From Bispira polyomma (lineage: Eukaryota), in NCBI GenBank assembly GCA_965649765.1, contig OZ287756.1:61194001-61258000 (forward strand): a stretch of DNA of 64,000 nt, read 5' to 3'. The notes under the pieces are model-generated. The model was not told the DNA's origin. It saw only the letters and a program-made list of their open reading frames with translations, and did no database searches. The stretch's first letter is position 1, and the number at the start of each line of letters is the position of its first letter. A program made the translations under genes and the position numbers. Positions 37,470 to 50,815 of this stretch are shown piece by piece.

Positions 37470-39595
37470 CCAAACAACAACCGAGTCAGCAAAGAACTAC
37501 TGGCCAAGATCAGGCTGACAAACAACTACTCAGACAAATCAACCAAAACCCAAAACTCCAAGCATTAAAAACCTGCCTACAGACAGATCACTAAGGAAAT
37601 CCAGACAGACCTTGCCAAAGAAAAACAAGAACGACAAATCAGAGACTTTGACTCAGTTGACCCAAAGTGCAGCTCCACCTACTGGCAGAAGAAATGCAAA
37701 CCTACCGGCCAAGTAACTAAACCAAAACCACCCAAGCTCATGGCCCCTACCACAAACAGGAACATGACCACTTACAAAGAAATAGCTGAAACATTTGTCA
37801 CCAACCTCTCAAACACACACAGAACTCACACAGACACATACGCCAACAACACACACAAGCAGAAGGTTGACTAATTGGCATACAACTACGAGGAAGAACT
37901 AACACCAAACACCACCGCTACCACTCCCTCAGACGAGGTGTTCCTTACTGTGGGCCGGTGGTTTCAGTGCAGAACCTTGATCAACTGTATGCAGTGTTTC
38001 CTCCAGCGTTTCCAACTACCCGTCCCAATATAACCTAAACAGGTACTAGAGTGGACGTTAAATATCCAAATTCAATACAATTCAACTCAGACGAGGCACA
38101 AAATCACAGATAAACCCAACCAAGCCAATAAACAACTTAAACTCAAAAATAGCTCTGGAGAAGACTATACCCCACACAGCCATACAAAACCTATCGACCA
38201 CCTCACTAACCACACTCAAACTCTACAACCTGTGCCTCATACGTCATTATTTCCCCAAGAGATGGAAAAATGCTATAGGGACCATGCGCCTCAAACCAAC
38301 AATAACCCTACAAGCTACCATCCAATAAGCCTCCTTAACTGCCTGGGGAAACTCTATCGAAAAACTAATCACTAGAAGACTATGGGAATTTATCGAAGAC
38401 CACAACATCATTAACATCTGGCAATGTGCATACCAACCACAAAAGGAAGCAACTGAACACATTCACATTATCAATGACGTCAAGAAGGCTTTTGACGCAG
38501 TGTGGCACAGTGGCCTCCTGAAGAAGCTACACAACCTAAAGATACCTCCTGACCTACTTTGTGTAATATCCTCATTTCTGACAGACCGCACCATACAAGT
38601 CAAGACTGGCACTTCCCTCTCAGACACAGTAAAACTACTAACAGGAACACCACAAGAAAGCATACTCCGTCCTCTACTTTTCATACTATAAATCAAAGAC
38701 TTTCCAATATCACCACCGAACCACTGCACACAATATGCAGATGATGTCTGAATCTACACCAGCAACAGACAAAAACACCTACAAAAACAGTTTCAATGTC
38801 AAATCAACACAATAGAAGAATGTGAGAAGTAGTACAAAGAAAGACAAAGAAGACGCAGCTCATCCTCTTTGCAAACAACAGACGTCAAAGATACATTACA
38901 GTTACAGTAAGGCAAAATAAGATTGAAAGCACAGAAGTAGCAACCGTACTTGGCACCACTCTATACCCAAGAATGAATCAACAAGCCCTCATCAAGAACA
39001 TCAAGGGTAAAATAGCAGGAAGAATGGAGCACCTCAGAGCACTGACCAACGGCGGAGCTCCAATACCTGCACTGAGTACTTTCTACCTAGCCACAATTTG
39101 ACCCGTGCTCGAACAAGGATACCACCTCACTCACAACCATGGACCCAGCCTCAAAGCCCTACAGAAACTTCAAAACAGATGCCTCAGAATCATTACCTGG
39201 ATGCCCAGCCACTTCAGAATGACACCTATATACAACCGATTGATGGTCGACAGAATACAACCACACTTGGAGGAATGCCACAAAAAATCACTCACACGTT
39301 ACAAAGAGTCAACTCTCCAGGAACACCTCAACACAGCTTTGCAGTACATGTGACCTTTTTACTTTAGGGCTAGCATAGCAGAGGTACCGTTCTACCACCC
39401 AGCGACAGTCCCAGCCTAACAAAGTACAGAAGCACCACCTAGCAAACCCTTCACACAGATGGGCACACAACTGTAACTACAGGGATAGAACTGCAGAGGT
39501 ACCCCTCTAACATCCAGGTGCTGACATGGCCTAAGTGGGAAGAGATGCAACACCCAGCTAACCCTGTACAAATAACTGAATATAACTATTTATAT
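37470..39595 (+). mobile_element. Degenerate non-LTR retrotransposon (I/Jockey-group-like RT)
   Basis: YHPISLLNCLGK, DVKKAFDAVWHSGLLKKL, GTPQESILRPLLF, YADD at 38734-38745; many frameshifts; A/C-rich strand. Confidence 0.88.
37939..38085 (+). mobile_element. 5'-truncated SINE family 1 inserted in the LINE
   Basis: 11-bp TSD ctcagacgagg (37928-37938 / 38086-38096). Confidence 0.9.
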
Positions 39596-39669
39596 GAACC
39601 CCTCCCACCCCCCAACACACACACCACTAAATCGTTATATTTGTTTCTTTTCTTCAGATCTGGCAGGAA

Positions 39670-39775
39670 AAGCATCCTTGGGCGAGATGTGTACACACTT
39701 CTACCTAGTGGCTCGGATGACCACTTAAAGTGGTGGTCCTCTGTCACTGGGTCGTATCCCCAGTGGTATTTCATT
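39670..39775 (+). mobile_element. SINE family 2 fragment
   Basis: ccttgggcgagatgt...cctagtggctcggatgaccacttaaa...ggtcctctgtcactg shared with 57949-58160. Confidence 0.7.
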
Positions 39776-39809
39776 AACTATCTCTAATTTCCCATAAAAA
39801 TTAACTACC

Positions 39810-40800
39810 ATTGTTTGTAAATTAGACTTTTTGTGTGGGCTTGGGGTCTCCAAGGTCAAAGATCTATTTGCTTTACAAATTTACTTACCAGTGTTAAAGT
39901 AAAGGGCTTGAAAACATAGAAAAGATCAAAAACATCAGCCTAAAAACCATTTACATTTTAGGTAGACTTAACCATGTGGCTGATATGTTATGAAGGTGGC
40001 AGCTAACCTCTGATAACAACAATAAATTATCTCAACTCATACCTAGACCAGTCTTGGTAAATGTGAAACACAAAATGCTAGATATAGATTGGTCTATCTA
40101 ATTCCAGATATTCCACCTTATCTAAGAGAGTTAATTCACCAAGCTTTTCGACTTGCCACAGAGAGAACTTGTTCAAACATGTTAGGAACTTTCTTGGCTT
40201 GCTGTTGTTTTGCTCAGGTAAGCCTCCACTGTATCTCCCTAGTATTATTAATGGCTTTCCTAGAAGTTTTGGTGGTGAATACTGTCTACTTCAATATGAA
40301 ACTATCTCTCATCTATCAATGCAAAATGGCTTTGTATGGTCTAAATGTCTCAGCTTTTTCTGATCCTAGGATAAAAAAATTATCAGAAAGCCTTGGTACT
40401 GAATAGACCATTTCGAGCTAGGATTAAGCAAATAATAGATGTACAACTATACAAATAATACAAGGCAGGTTTTTAAAGCTATATACCTTCTAGCTTGCTT
40501 TTACGTCTTAAGAATCTCCAATCTGGTCCGTCATGCAATTTCACAATATTAACCTCTAACACAACTGGCTAGAGGCAATGTTTCTTTAGGTCTCCACCTT
40601 ATAATAAAATGGAGAAACACAATGCAAACCAAAAATATGGCTAAGGTCCTGAAAATATTTAATAAGTTTAAGTTACTCAAATATCTGCCCAGTTGCAGCC
40701 ATTAGGCCCTTGCTAGCTATCACTCCTGGTAGCAAAGATGTAATACTTTGATTGTATACTGGTATGTAGATAGTAAGATAGCGAAAGAGTGTTCTAAATT
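39810..40800 (+). mobile_element. Relic RNase H end and tyrosine recombinase of a third DIRS-order element
   Basis: YILGRLNHVADML*RW (RNase H end), stop TAA at 40099-40101, then IHQAFRLAT..FLACCCF..LMAFLE and LRISNLV. Confidence 0.75.
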
Positions 40801-41622
40801 TTACTAAGGTTATCACTTTATTTACAATTACAATAGTAAAATAAAATAACATGTGGCTCACATTAAGTCTGTTCAATTTTAATATTCTCCCACCAAGAAT
40901 GAACCTTTAATAGTTTCACAATACCATAGTTCACAAAGCCCCTGACTTTCGTCCATAGTTCAACTTAAGATCTTATGCTGTCATAACTCAGTCCCAATGA
41001 ATAATTGTGCAGAGTCCACATGACACACTGAGTCTTGCTTCTACCACCATACACTGTTGCTCTGTGTAACCAACAAGATGGATGATTCTAGCAGCCTCAA
41101 TGACTCAGCCATAAAGTGCGTACTGCCACCACCAGTGCTTATAAAGTAAAGAATTAAGTGTTTTTACTATACTATTCATACAAGTGTATCCTTGTTCATG
41201 AAATACACACAATATTCACTATAATTCTACATATTTCCCTTAGAAAGTTGCACATTAACAGAATACCTAGTCTATATTGGATGAAAGTTTGTCAACCGAG
41301 CATAGTTTAAGCTCAATGTACACTGTATATAATCATTTCCAAGTGATGACAATTCAACTAAACATGCACTAAATTAACTAAAGCAGCATTTCCACATAGA
41401 GAATACTTAACTAGTAACAAAACATATAATTTAAATTGTAACACACTAAATTGTTACACAGCTTTGTTTCAATTTAATACAAATTTCACATGGCTTCCAA
41501 TCAGATACTAAAGTGTGTGTAAATCTCTCACAAATTCTTAAGCGTCTACGACTTCAAAATTCATCATCACACTTTTCAGCCACTCTAGCCATATCTCCGA
41601 TCATGACATACAGAGTCATGGC

Positions 41623-41874
41623 TTTGAATTTGGATATTTAACGTCCACTCTAGTACCTGTTTTTAGGTTATATTGGGAAGGGTAGTCGGAAACGCTGGAG
41701 GAAACACTGCATACAGTTGATCAAGGTTCTGCACTGAAACCAGCGGCCCACAGTAAGGAACTACCACCTTTCCCACATAGGCATTGACCGGATTCGAACT
41801 CACGCCGCCTAGAGGTGAGAGACCAGTGATTGTGAAGTGCAATGCTTGCTAACCACTAGGCCACTGCGGCCCCC
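41623..41874 (-). mobile_element. Full-length tRNA-derived SINE, family 1
   Basis: A-box TGGCCTAGTGG and B-box GTTCGAATCC on the minus strand; 14-bp TSD tacagagtcatggc (41609-41622 / 41875-41888). Confidence 0.95.
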
Positions 41875-42119
41875 TACAGAGTCATGGCACATGGACACCT
41901 GACTGTATGTGGAAGTATACTACTGATCGAAAAAAACTCAACACTTTACACGAGCTCAACTGTAAAAAGTAATGTTAGTAGTGTTAACATAGTGGTAGTA
42001 ACTACATGTCAAGCATGCTGATATCCATAACACTTGAAGTATAAAAGGAGTAACCATTGATTTAATAATACTAGTAATATATATGTTGAGTAAGTTTAAA
42101 TGACAGCAAAACATGTTAC

Positions 42120-45096
42120 ATGATATCTTTTCAATCTGGTGTTCCCCTGGACTGTGTTAAGGCTGTCACCTCTGTGTGGGTTCGCCTTCAACAAGTGACA
42201 ATGCTGTGGGCCTGTCTCAGTATGACCCTGGCTGTAAACGGGAGGTAAAACCCTAAACTTGGATTTAAAACCCATATATTTCACTTACCTTAAGCGCATT
42301 ATTTTACACCTATATGTACCCAAAAATTGGTGTATCAGCCTAACTACCAACTACAGCCCGCACACTTTCTGTTTGGGCTTCCCTTTTATAGAATCCATTT
42401 TGAATATTTTCATTTCAAGCTTCTATGTCAAAGAGCAAACAAGTGGGAAAAATATTTTCAATATGTGAATTGAAATATACACGGTTTTAATTTTTAAAAA
42501 TTCATTTGTTTATATAAATATATACTTGTTACATACTGACATTTATTGAGTGTTTCAGAATGGATAGAACGAAGAAGCCTACAAAGACGAGTACAGTCAA
42601 GAAATCAAACAAGAAACCTTTGTCCACGAAGCGCTCCAAAAGAGGTAGTCAGGTATCACATGCTAATGTTGAGAACCTTAACGGTTCATTGCCTGCAGTA
42701 GCGGGCCCCTCCAGTACTCAATACTCGGAAAATACTGACTCTGTATACCATCAGAACGAGACTTCGCCTATAACATCTTCACAGGGGCCTCTATTAATGC
42801 CGGGTTCACATGTAGCTGACCAGAATTCTGAGATGTTGGCAATATTGGTTAGATTGGAAGCATCTAACGTTGAACTATCTAACCAATTGACCAAGGTAGA
42901 GCAGACAGCAGTCACTAGTACAGCTACACCATTCGTGGCCTCTACTTTAGGATCTGTATACGGACACACATTTACTCAGGTAGCACCCACAGCATCACTT
43001 CCTGTAGGCCACCCATCGCTGGTTTGTATGGACAGACCACGTCCTCGTTACCACCTCCCGTAGTTACACATCACAGTCTAGGGTTTGTTTCTTTACCAGC
43101 CAACGCCATGGCTGCAAACGTGCCACTACCTCTGGTTGGAGGAATTCCGACCTATAAAGTGAGCTTTCGCCATGACATCTCGGCTCCTACACACCCTACC
43201 CACACAGGGACTGAATTTCAACGGGACAGCATTGTGCCGAACTTGGACACGTTATGTTCACTGCCTCACGTCCAGGCAGAAATCACTAGACAGTTGGCCC
43301 AGTACACTGCTATGGCACAGCGAGACCTTTCACAAGGTAAGCCATCATAAGTCATGCCAGTTTAACAGCACAGATGTGACCACAGCAGATGCCAGATTGC
43401 ATTGGCCTAACAAAGGCTGGGTAGGAGGTTCTTCCAAGAAGAAACCGGCTTTCGACGAGTTATCTATGTCACAGTGGGCTGCAGGGCATCGCTATTAATT
43501 CCAGATGCCGACGAGATGAGGGACATGATCTGACAAGTAATCTCTTCGCTTAGGGATGCTTCGTCTCTCCCTTGGCCAGTCGTCAGGACAGTCTGGGCCC
43601 TCAGCATGCACATGATTGAAGAGGGTAGGCTGTCCTAGAAGAACGACACCCAGTGGGCACTTAATAGGTTAAGTGCTCCCCAAATTGCCATGCTAAATAA
43701 TAGTAACTTCAATAGTGTGTTACGGTCACGGGAACAAGCACAGTAGCAATTACCAGTTGCTTTTAGGTTGTAACCAGAAAAGACAAAAAGTTTCACTTAA
43801 CAAATTTATTTAACAAATAAAATAACAATTACAGAATTACAGTCAACTGAGATACTCTTATTAGTTCATACAATAATACAATAATGAAACCAATCTGACC
43901 TGACCACAGTCCTGTCCATATAAATAACAATTGAACAAGTTTGTCCACTGTATCCAGCAATCTGTCTTGAGATCCGCTCAGTGTCCACACAATGCCTGTA
44001 TCCTGTTATCCGTTCTGTGTCCACAAACACAAAATATATATATCCAGAGAGTCTGCACAACTAAGCTATCTAGTCCAGGATGCAAACAATACCCAATATG
44101 CAGTAAATCCAATCTCTGGTATATCCACAACTTTTATCTAGTTCACTCCAATGAGTTCACCACAAAAACATTTTTAGTAATCAGTTTACATCCACAGGAA
44201 AAGAAATAAAACGTTTCACAGTATAGCAGTTCGTATAGCACACCAACTCAATAAACTCTGGTCTGTGGCCAGGCTGTCAACCCTTATATATACAACTGCT
44301 AGAGAAGGCTCTGGAATATGTAAACAATTGCTAGAACATTCCAGAGATGAGATATAAACATATTAACACAACTTTAATAACAACAGAAACAAAATAGAAC
44401 CAGTTTCTAGAAGCTTATGGGTTTTCCCAATTCTATAAATAGATCACTCTAGCAGAGTGCTTTAACATACCACAATGTCCTTATATGTAACAAGTGTGAA
44501 CAATAACAGTGATTCCAAAATTATTTGTAGATTGTACAATAATGGTAAATGCAGTCACAAGACCAACCACAGCAATTATAGACATATTTGTTGGCATTGT
44601 AGCTGTACCATAGGGAAAGATTCCAATCATCCCGAGTTTAAATGCTATAAGGTGAATAGCAAGCAACTAGACAGTCAAGCAAATCAAGGTAAATCAACAA
44701 CAAGGGAAACGAACAACGAGAACTAAAGTTAAAAGTAGAATAGTGATAGGCAATGAGATAAGGAATAATTTGAAGAGTAATAAAGAACTCAGATGTAAAA
44801 AGTTGAAGAAAATATAAAAGCAGTATATGATAAAAAGTGTATTATAAGTAATAATGTTTGTAGCAATGTTGATTTGTCTTGTTGCAGGAATATATCCCAA
44901 AATTGCAGATGAGGGCATTATGGAAAATTCTGTCGGGGCTAACAACAAACAAAAATGCAATTTGTATGCATATTCTGAATTTAGCGTTAAGCCCAGTCAC
45001 AATGGCCCCATACAGTACTTACAGGAACAACATATTGAAGATAGTCAGGCTGACAGTTTTCTTTCTGAAACTTTTGGGGAAGTTTTTACTATATGA
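42120..45096 (+). mobile_element. 3'-truncated Ngaro-like YR retrotransposon (5' repeat and gag), a diverged relative of 2045-8454
   Basis: Starts tgatatc...tctggtg like A1; gag 42560-44726 homologous (FNSTD..TADARLHWPNKGWVGG, CRLYNNGKC..HICWHC..HPEFKCY); interrupted by a solo LTR. Confidence 0.85.
43718..44492 (-). mobile_element. Solo LTR (Gypsy-like), about 775 bp
   Basis: TGTTAC...GTAACA termini; 4-bp TSD AGTG (43714-43717 / 44493-44496); TATA-like element at about 44283-44292 and AATAAA at about 43805-43810 on the minus strand; removal restores the gag frame (NSNFNSVNNNSDSKIIC). Confidence 0.88.
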
Positions 45097-45288
45097 GAAG
45101 TGAAAGTGATAATGAATTATTAAAGAACTTTAATTATTAAGTTTTAAGATTTTTTTTAACAATTCATCAGCAACAAATTAAGTTTTAATATAAGTTTTTA
45201 CTATTTGAGAAGTGAAAGTGATAATGAATAATTAAAGAACTTTAATTATTAAGTTTTAAGATTTTTTTAACAATTCATCAGCAACAAA
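45080..45288. repeat. Direct duplication of about 97 bp (period about 112 bp)
   Basis: aagtttttacta...tcatcagcaacaaa at 45080-45177 and 45192-45288. Confidence 0.92.
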
Positions 45289-45689
45289 AATACCTGGCGT
45301 AAAAATGACACAAAAATGTGAATATTTATTCTGCTACACCCTCCCAAAACGTGACACCATGCACAAATGAAGAAAGAATCAATACCACAATATTGTATAC
45401 CATAGGATAAACAATGAATTTAGCATTATTTTGTATGATTTACTTTTTTAATAAATGTCAGTGAACTCTGTTAAAATACAACAAATTCAACATTGACTGA
45501 TGTTCATGTTTTCAAGTATGAAAACATATTAAAAAAATAAATCATTAAAAACAATATACATGTTCTCTCAGATGGCAGTTCCTAACAAATATGTTACCCA
45601 GACTGATAAAAATCCTACATAATGTATATTAAATATATTACATAGTGATTTAAATATTATCAATAAATTATATATCGAGTTGATTCCAG

Positions 45690-47463
45690 ATAGAATGAAC
45701 CTGTTCGTAAAAAAATGTGACGTGGCAACTTTGTATATGTTTCTGTTCTCTTTCATTGATTTCTCCTTCTCCTCACAAGTCTCACACTGCTCCCTGTAAT
45801 GATGTACCTTGGCTAATCTCCCTGTTTGCTGGGGATCAAGGTTCTGAGCATTCTCCAAATTTTTCATGCAACTATGCATATATCCTGCAAGGCATAGCTG
45901 AAGGTTGACGAAATGCTTGACTCTGACACTTCCCTAATGAATTTGGTTGTCACTAGGTTAAATTTGTGATTGACATTCTGTTCTTGATCATTAATGTCTG
46001 GGGGAATAGTTGTGCTCCAATTTTAATACTTGCAACATTTTTTTGGATCAAGCTGCTGTAATATATGTGTGTAGTTGGTATAATTTCCTACAGGAATAAT
46101 TTTTTCATCCAGATCGATCGAGACAATGTACTGGTAGCGGTACATGTTGCGGTAAAGACAGTCATTATAGCCGGTTCTCTTGGCGATTTCGGCTGAAAAT
46201 CTCTGTGTTGGATTGATTTTCACGATCAATGGCACCTGGTGGTATAACAGTAGTAACCTTTGTCTTGGTAAAAATCTAGGACCTTCTGGTAATTGGCACT
46301 CACTTGCATAGTGCCATTGTACACATTGAATTCAGTGATACCAAACAGCTTGTTCATTTCTATCCACTCCACCATCCAGCGGGCCTCCTTGTCACCCATG
46401 TAACCAAACGACATCCGGTTGGCAATACACTGACCGAAGATATGAGTAAAGGAGTCCTGCTGCTTAATGTATGTCACCGGTAAATACAATGTCAGCTCAC
46501 CACTGCGGTAGATGGTGTTGAAGGAAATAGGTGAGACCCTGTATTTCAATTTGACGGGAATGGGGCAGCTCATCAAAAGGTTGTAATATGTCTTGTTGTT
46601 GACAACAGGTTTGAATCCAGGAATATCCAGTCTATTAAACACAGAAGTACTGACCACAGGGTGTAAGCTGCCTTCTGTCCACAAACAACAGAACGCTTTC
46701 TTCTTCAAAACCTGCCAGCTATTAGTCTCAAGAAGTGGTAGCCTGGAGCAGGAAGCACAGCAAAAATATGTAACTAATATGATGTTATCAGTGACATCTA
46801 TTAATTGACTATATATTTCCAGTTTTATATAAGTGGATGTAGTAATGCAAAATTGCACACATACAAAACATACATGTATCGAAAGTTTCATAACTCTAAA
46901 GAATAGAGCATTTTGCCGATTTTGGTTCTCAAATATGAAACCACTTATTCCATAATGTAGGTTCAAATCCTTGTGGTTGTAATGAGCTACTCACTTTTTA
47001 TATTTAATTTGGTTTACCTTTTCCCTATTGTCTACTCCAAAAGGAAAATGTACATTGACATCAGTCATTCTTAGGAACAAGTGCATAGCTTTCATGATGG
47101 ATCATTATGAACACATAAAAACAATAAAAAATATTTATTATTATTAAGTTTATTTGCGATCCATCCCTAAAATAACTTCTATTTGCTGGACATGAGGTAG
47201 TAAGGGTAACACTCTTGCACCTTTCATTACAGTTATGGGTTTGACTGTCGACACAGAGTGAAAAAGTTGGCGGTAGATTTGTTGCAGGCCAACAATCCTA
47301 TACTGGTTTTTACCATCTGTAAACTGCCCGCCGTAAACTGCCCTAAGCATTTTACACATCCATACCTGCATACTGTTTCAGTTATTGTCATTGGCTTATC
47401 ATATGAGTTGGAAAAGTGGTATAAAAATAAACATAACTTTAATCCTAGCAGATACTTATACAT
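45690..47463 (-). pseudogene. Glycosyltransferase family 92-like (beta-galactosyltransferase-type) pseudogene
   Basis: VEWIEMNKLFG, YNDCLYRNMYRYQYIVSIDLDEKIIP (DxD) and KVHHYR motifs spread over three frames with stops; hydrophobic N-terminal segment at 47463; probable intron 46743-47220. Confidence 0.8.
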
Positions 47464-47636
47464 CTTTATTTCTGCAGGAAATTATGTTAAGGTTATGTTA
47501 ATGTTTTTACTTCTATAGCGCCACAATCGATAACCAGACACCCTCTGTGGCACATATCCTACTAAATGTGCAAGAGCATTGTTGGGTAGACGGAAAAAAG
47601 TTTGTGATCAGAGATTCAGTATCTTACATTTTTTTT

Positions 47637-47848
47637 AATTGGGATATTAACGTCTACTCTATGACCTGTTTAAGTTATATTGGTACAGGTAGTTGGAAAT
47701 GCTGGAGGAAACATTGTATACAGTTGATCAAGATTCTGCACTGAAACCAGCGGCCCACAGTAAGGAACTACCACATTTCCCAATTAGGCATTGATGGGAG
47801 TCGAACCCACGCTAGCCGATCCAAGAGGTGAGAGACCAGTGATTGTGA
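47637..47848 (-). mobile_element. SINE family 1, 5'-truncated
   Basis: High similarity to 41623-41874. Confidence 0.9.
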
Positions 47849-48156
47849 GAGACCGTAATAAATTTGTTGCAGAGAAAAGTCAGACATGAAAGAAGTAGAG
47901 GTTTTGTGGTACGTTCATTCATACAGCTCAAATTGTGACCTATAAAAACACAAAGAAGATGATTAATCTTGCCTTGTGTGTTAAACAGGTATGTTGTTTT
48001 TCTATTACAGATAGTTAGAAATTAAAACTCAGCCAGGTGATGTTATTTTATCATTTACTTAAGCCATCTTCGCTAAAATAATATGATGTAAATCTGTATC
48101 AGTAATGGACTTTTGACATAAAAACATGTGATACCCTTACAATGCTGACGTGTATA

Positions 48157-49657
48157 TGTTACAGGCAAACTGTGTAATCAGAGATTTCGTGAAATCCCTG
48201 GAAATTTCAGTCCCTCATTCACGAAATCCCTCATTCACTTAGGCTATTTGCGAAATGACTAAAATTTACAGGGATTTTGCAAAATGACTAAAATTTCCAG
48301 GGATTTTGCGAAATGACTGGTTTTTAGGCTTAGGCATTTCACGAATTGCCTAAATAATAAAATTAGTGCCAATTATTGAAAAAATAATACTTTTGGATTA
48401 AAAACAGTTCATTTTTATACATACAAACAGCGATTAAAAGATGAACATTATATTTTTTGTCTCTTCAATGCAAACAAAGTACATGAGAGGATCCTCTGGG
48501 GCTTAACCAGCTTCTCAATATCTGTGCACTGAAGAGTCTTACCTTATATTTGTTGAGTATGAAAGCTATGTCTAGATTTTTATGAAGTACCATGGGCAGC
48601 AAGTTTTAGGTCTTCAATGGTTGAAATGTACACATCTTTTTGAAGCTGATACTTTTAAATTTACACTTTGCAAACTTTGGAAATAATTCATTATATTTTT
48701 CTGAGTTATAGCTCATTATCATCATAAGCAATTTCCACAGTTAAATACAGCAAGAAAATTTGCATAAAAAATAGAAAGTGAAGGATCACCAATGAGGTTA
48801 CCTTTATTTTATAAACCCACATACCAGCGCATGAATCTGATTACAGTTATCTATGTAATACAGTTCCCAGATCTCACATTATTTCTTACTCGGACTTTAA
48901 TCACTTTTTAGGTGCTGCTGATTTAAAATTAATGTAGTGGTAAACATTATAAGATACCAAGATATTTGATATTAAAGACAAACACTTACTCAGGGATGAC
49001 CTTACAGGGGGCCACTGCTTAAAAATATTAGTGTTTGATTACATCTGTGGTCAGTATTTATGCCAATAGTCACTTTAAAATGTTTATGTATTATATTTTA
49101 TTTATTTTATAAAGCCTATTATGTACAATCAACTTAGAAGTGTACAACTTCTGTATGTCTAACAAAATATAAGAGAAAAGTTTATACCTTGTGGTAACTA
49201 TACAATCACATTGAATAGTATATAATTATAAGTATTTATCAAATATGTCATATTGTCATTTAATTACTGTAAGTTTTATATAAAATTAACGTGGAACCTG
49301 TACAATCACATAAAGTAATAGAAAAGTATAAATCAATTATGTCCATATTTCCATTAAAATAATTAATTCACTTTTATTAAAGTAGAGAAGGACAAAACTT
49401 GAAGTAAAAGGTTTACATTTTATAGTTTAATTAAATTTTTCCTTTCACAAATATTGAAACTTTGAACTTTTTTTCTTTAAAATCTCTATTACAAAAATTG
49501 CCTGAAATCCTGTATTACCAGTCCGGCAATCTGTGTAATTATAAACGGCAAATTTCAGTCATTTTGCAAATTGCCTAAGTGAATCAGGGATTTCGTGAAA
49601 TGACTGAAATATACAGGGATTTTGCGAAGGCCCTGATTGCACAGTTTGCCTGTAACA
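48157..49657. mobile_element. 1.5-kb non-autonomous TIR DNA transposon (Ginger-like termini)
   Basis: TGTTACAGGCAAACTGTG...CACAGTTTGCCTGTAACA; imperfect TIRs over 100 bp with internal repeats; TATA on both flanks. Confidence 0.8.
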
Positions 49658-50475
49658 TATACATTTTAGCTGTTAACATAGTAATAAACTAATACAACAA
49701 GTTATCTTTACTATGTACAATATAGTCAGATAGTTTATCACATAGGGAAAGGCACTGCTTCCTGCTATTTTATTAGTTCATACTTTTATACTCCCTTAGT
49801 CAAACCTTAAAGTATTAATTGACCTTAACATTCTAGTTTAAGGCAACCTTATGATAACGGTGTATTCAGGGTGGTCCTAAATTAAAATTGTTTATGTGTT
49901 TTATTTTAAACGTTTGGTTGAAAATTTTGTTTAAAGTCAGTTCAAGGGCACTTTGAATTTTTTCCTTACTTATCCTAAATATATCACAATAATATTTTAA
50001 ATAATTGATAATATTTAGCAGTATTGCCATTACCATGTGTCCCTGGGTTGGAACCATTGAACTTAAACTGAATGTGATTTCCTTTACAAAACCTTTAGTT
50101 ACATAATTGAAATTTGCATTTTATCAAAGCTTTGCTTGTTTTTATTTTGTGGGGAGATCTGGCTCATTATTATTTATTTATTTCATTTCTCATATAAGTG
50201 ATACACATTTATATAGTAAAACAAAAAAAAAGAACACAAAAAGAAGAAAATTCTACAGTATTGGTGCAAAAATATTTATATAACATTTCAATATATCAAT
50301 ATCATCTTTTGTAAATGTACAAGTATTTACATTGGCATTCAAGTTATCTCTCATGTTAAGCAGAGACAGAATATTTTGAATGTTGATAATGTCATTACAA
50401 TAGTAGTCAGTGGGAAGTTTTCTGACAATATTACTGAAATTTACATGACAAACACGATCAAAGGGAATTTTATAA

Positions 50476-50815
50476 TCTAATCTAATCTAATCTAGTCGTA
50501 CTTTTATAGCGCTTAATCTTTGTACAACAAATTCTAAGGCGCAACAAACCCAAAACGTTAATCGCAAATCAAAAATAGTGGGCGGATGGAAGTCGTAACC
50601 AGGGAGACTACCGTAGATGGTTGCGACGGCTAAGGTGGAAAAGCCTGTTCAAAAAGATAGGCCTTCAGCTTACTCCTGAAAGAGGAGAAAGTTTGAGCCA
50701 GGCGAACATGATCAGGTAGGCTGTTCCAAATGAGGGGGCCATCATGAGCTAGGCAGTGATTGAACTGAACTTTGGATTTGTGGATGCGAGGGTCGAAGGT
50801 GGGAATGTTAAGGTA
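50476..50815 (-). mobile_element. 3' fragment of an L2-clade LINE
   Basis: WNSLPDHVRLAQTFSSFRSKLKAYLFEQAFPP*; gcgc...gcgctat end and (TAGAT)n tail. Confidence 0.85.

Noticed and set aside
41790-41874. tRNA-like sequences with A and B boxes (also 23224, 53640-53719, 57949)
   Set aside because: These are SINE heads: they are followed by a shared body and tail, mostly flanked by TSDs, and lack a proper cloverleaf.
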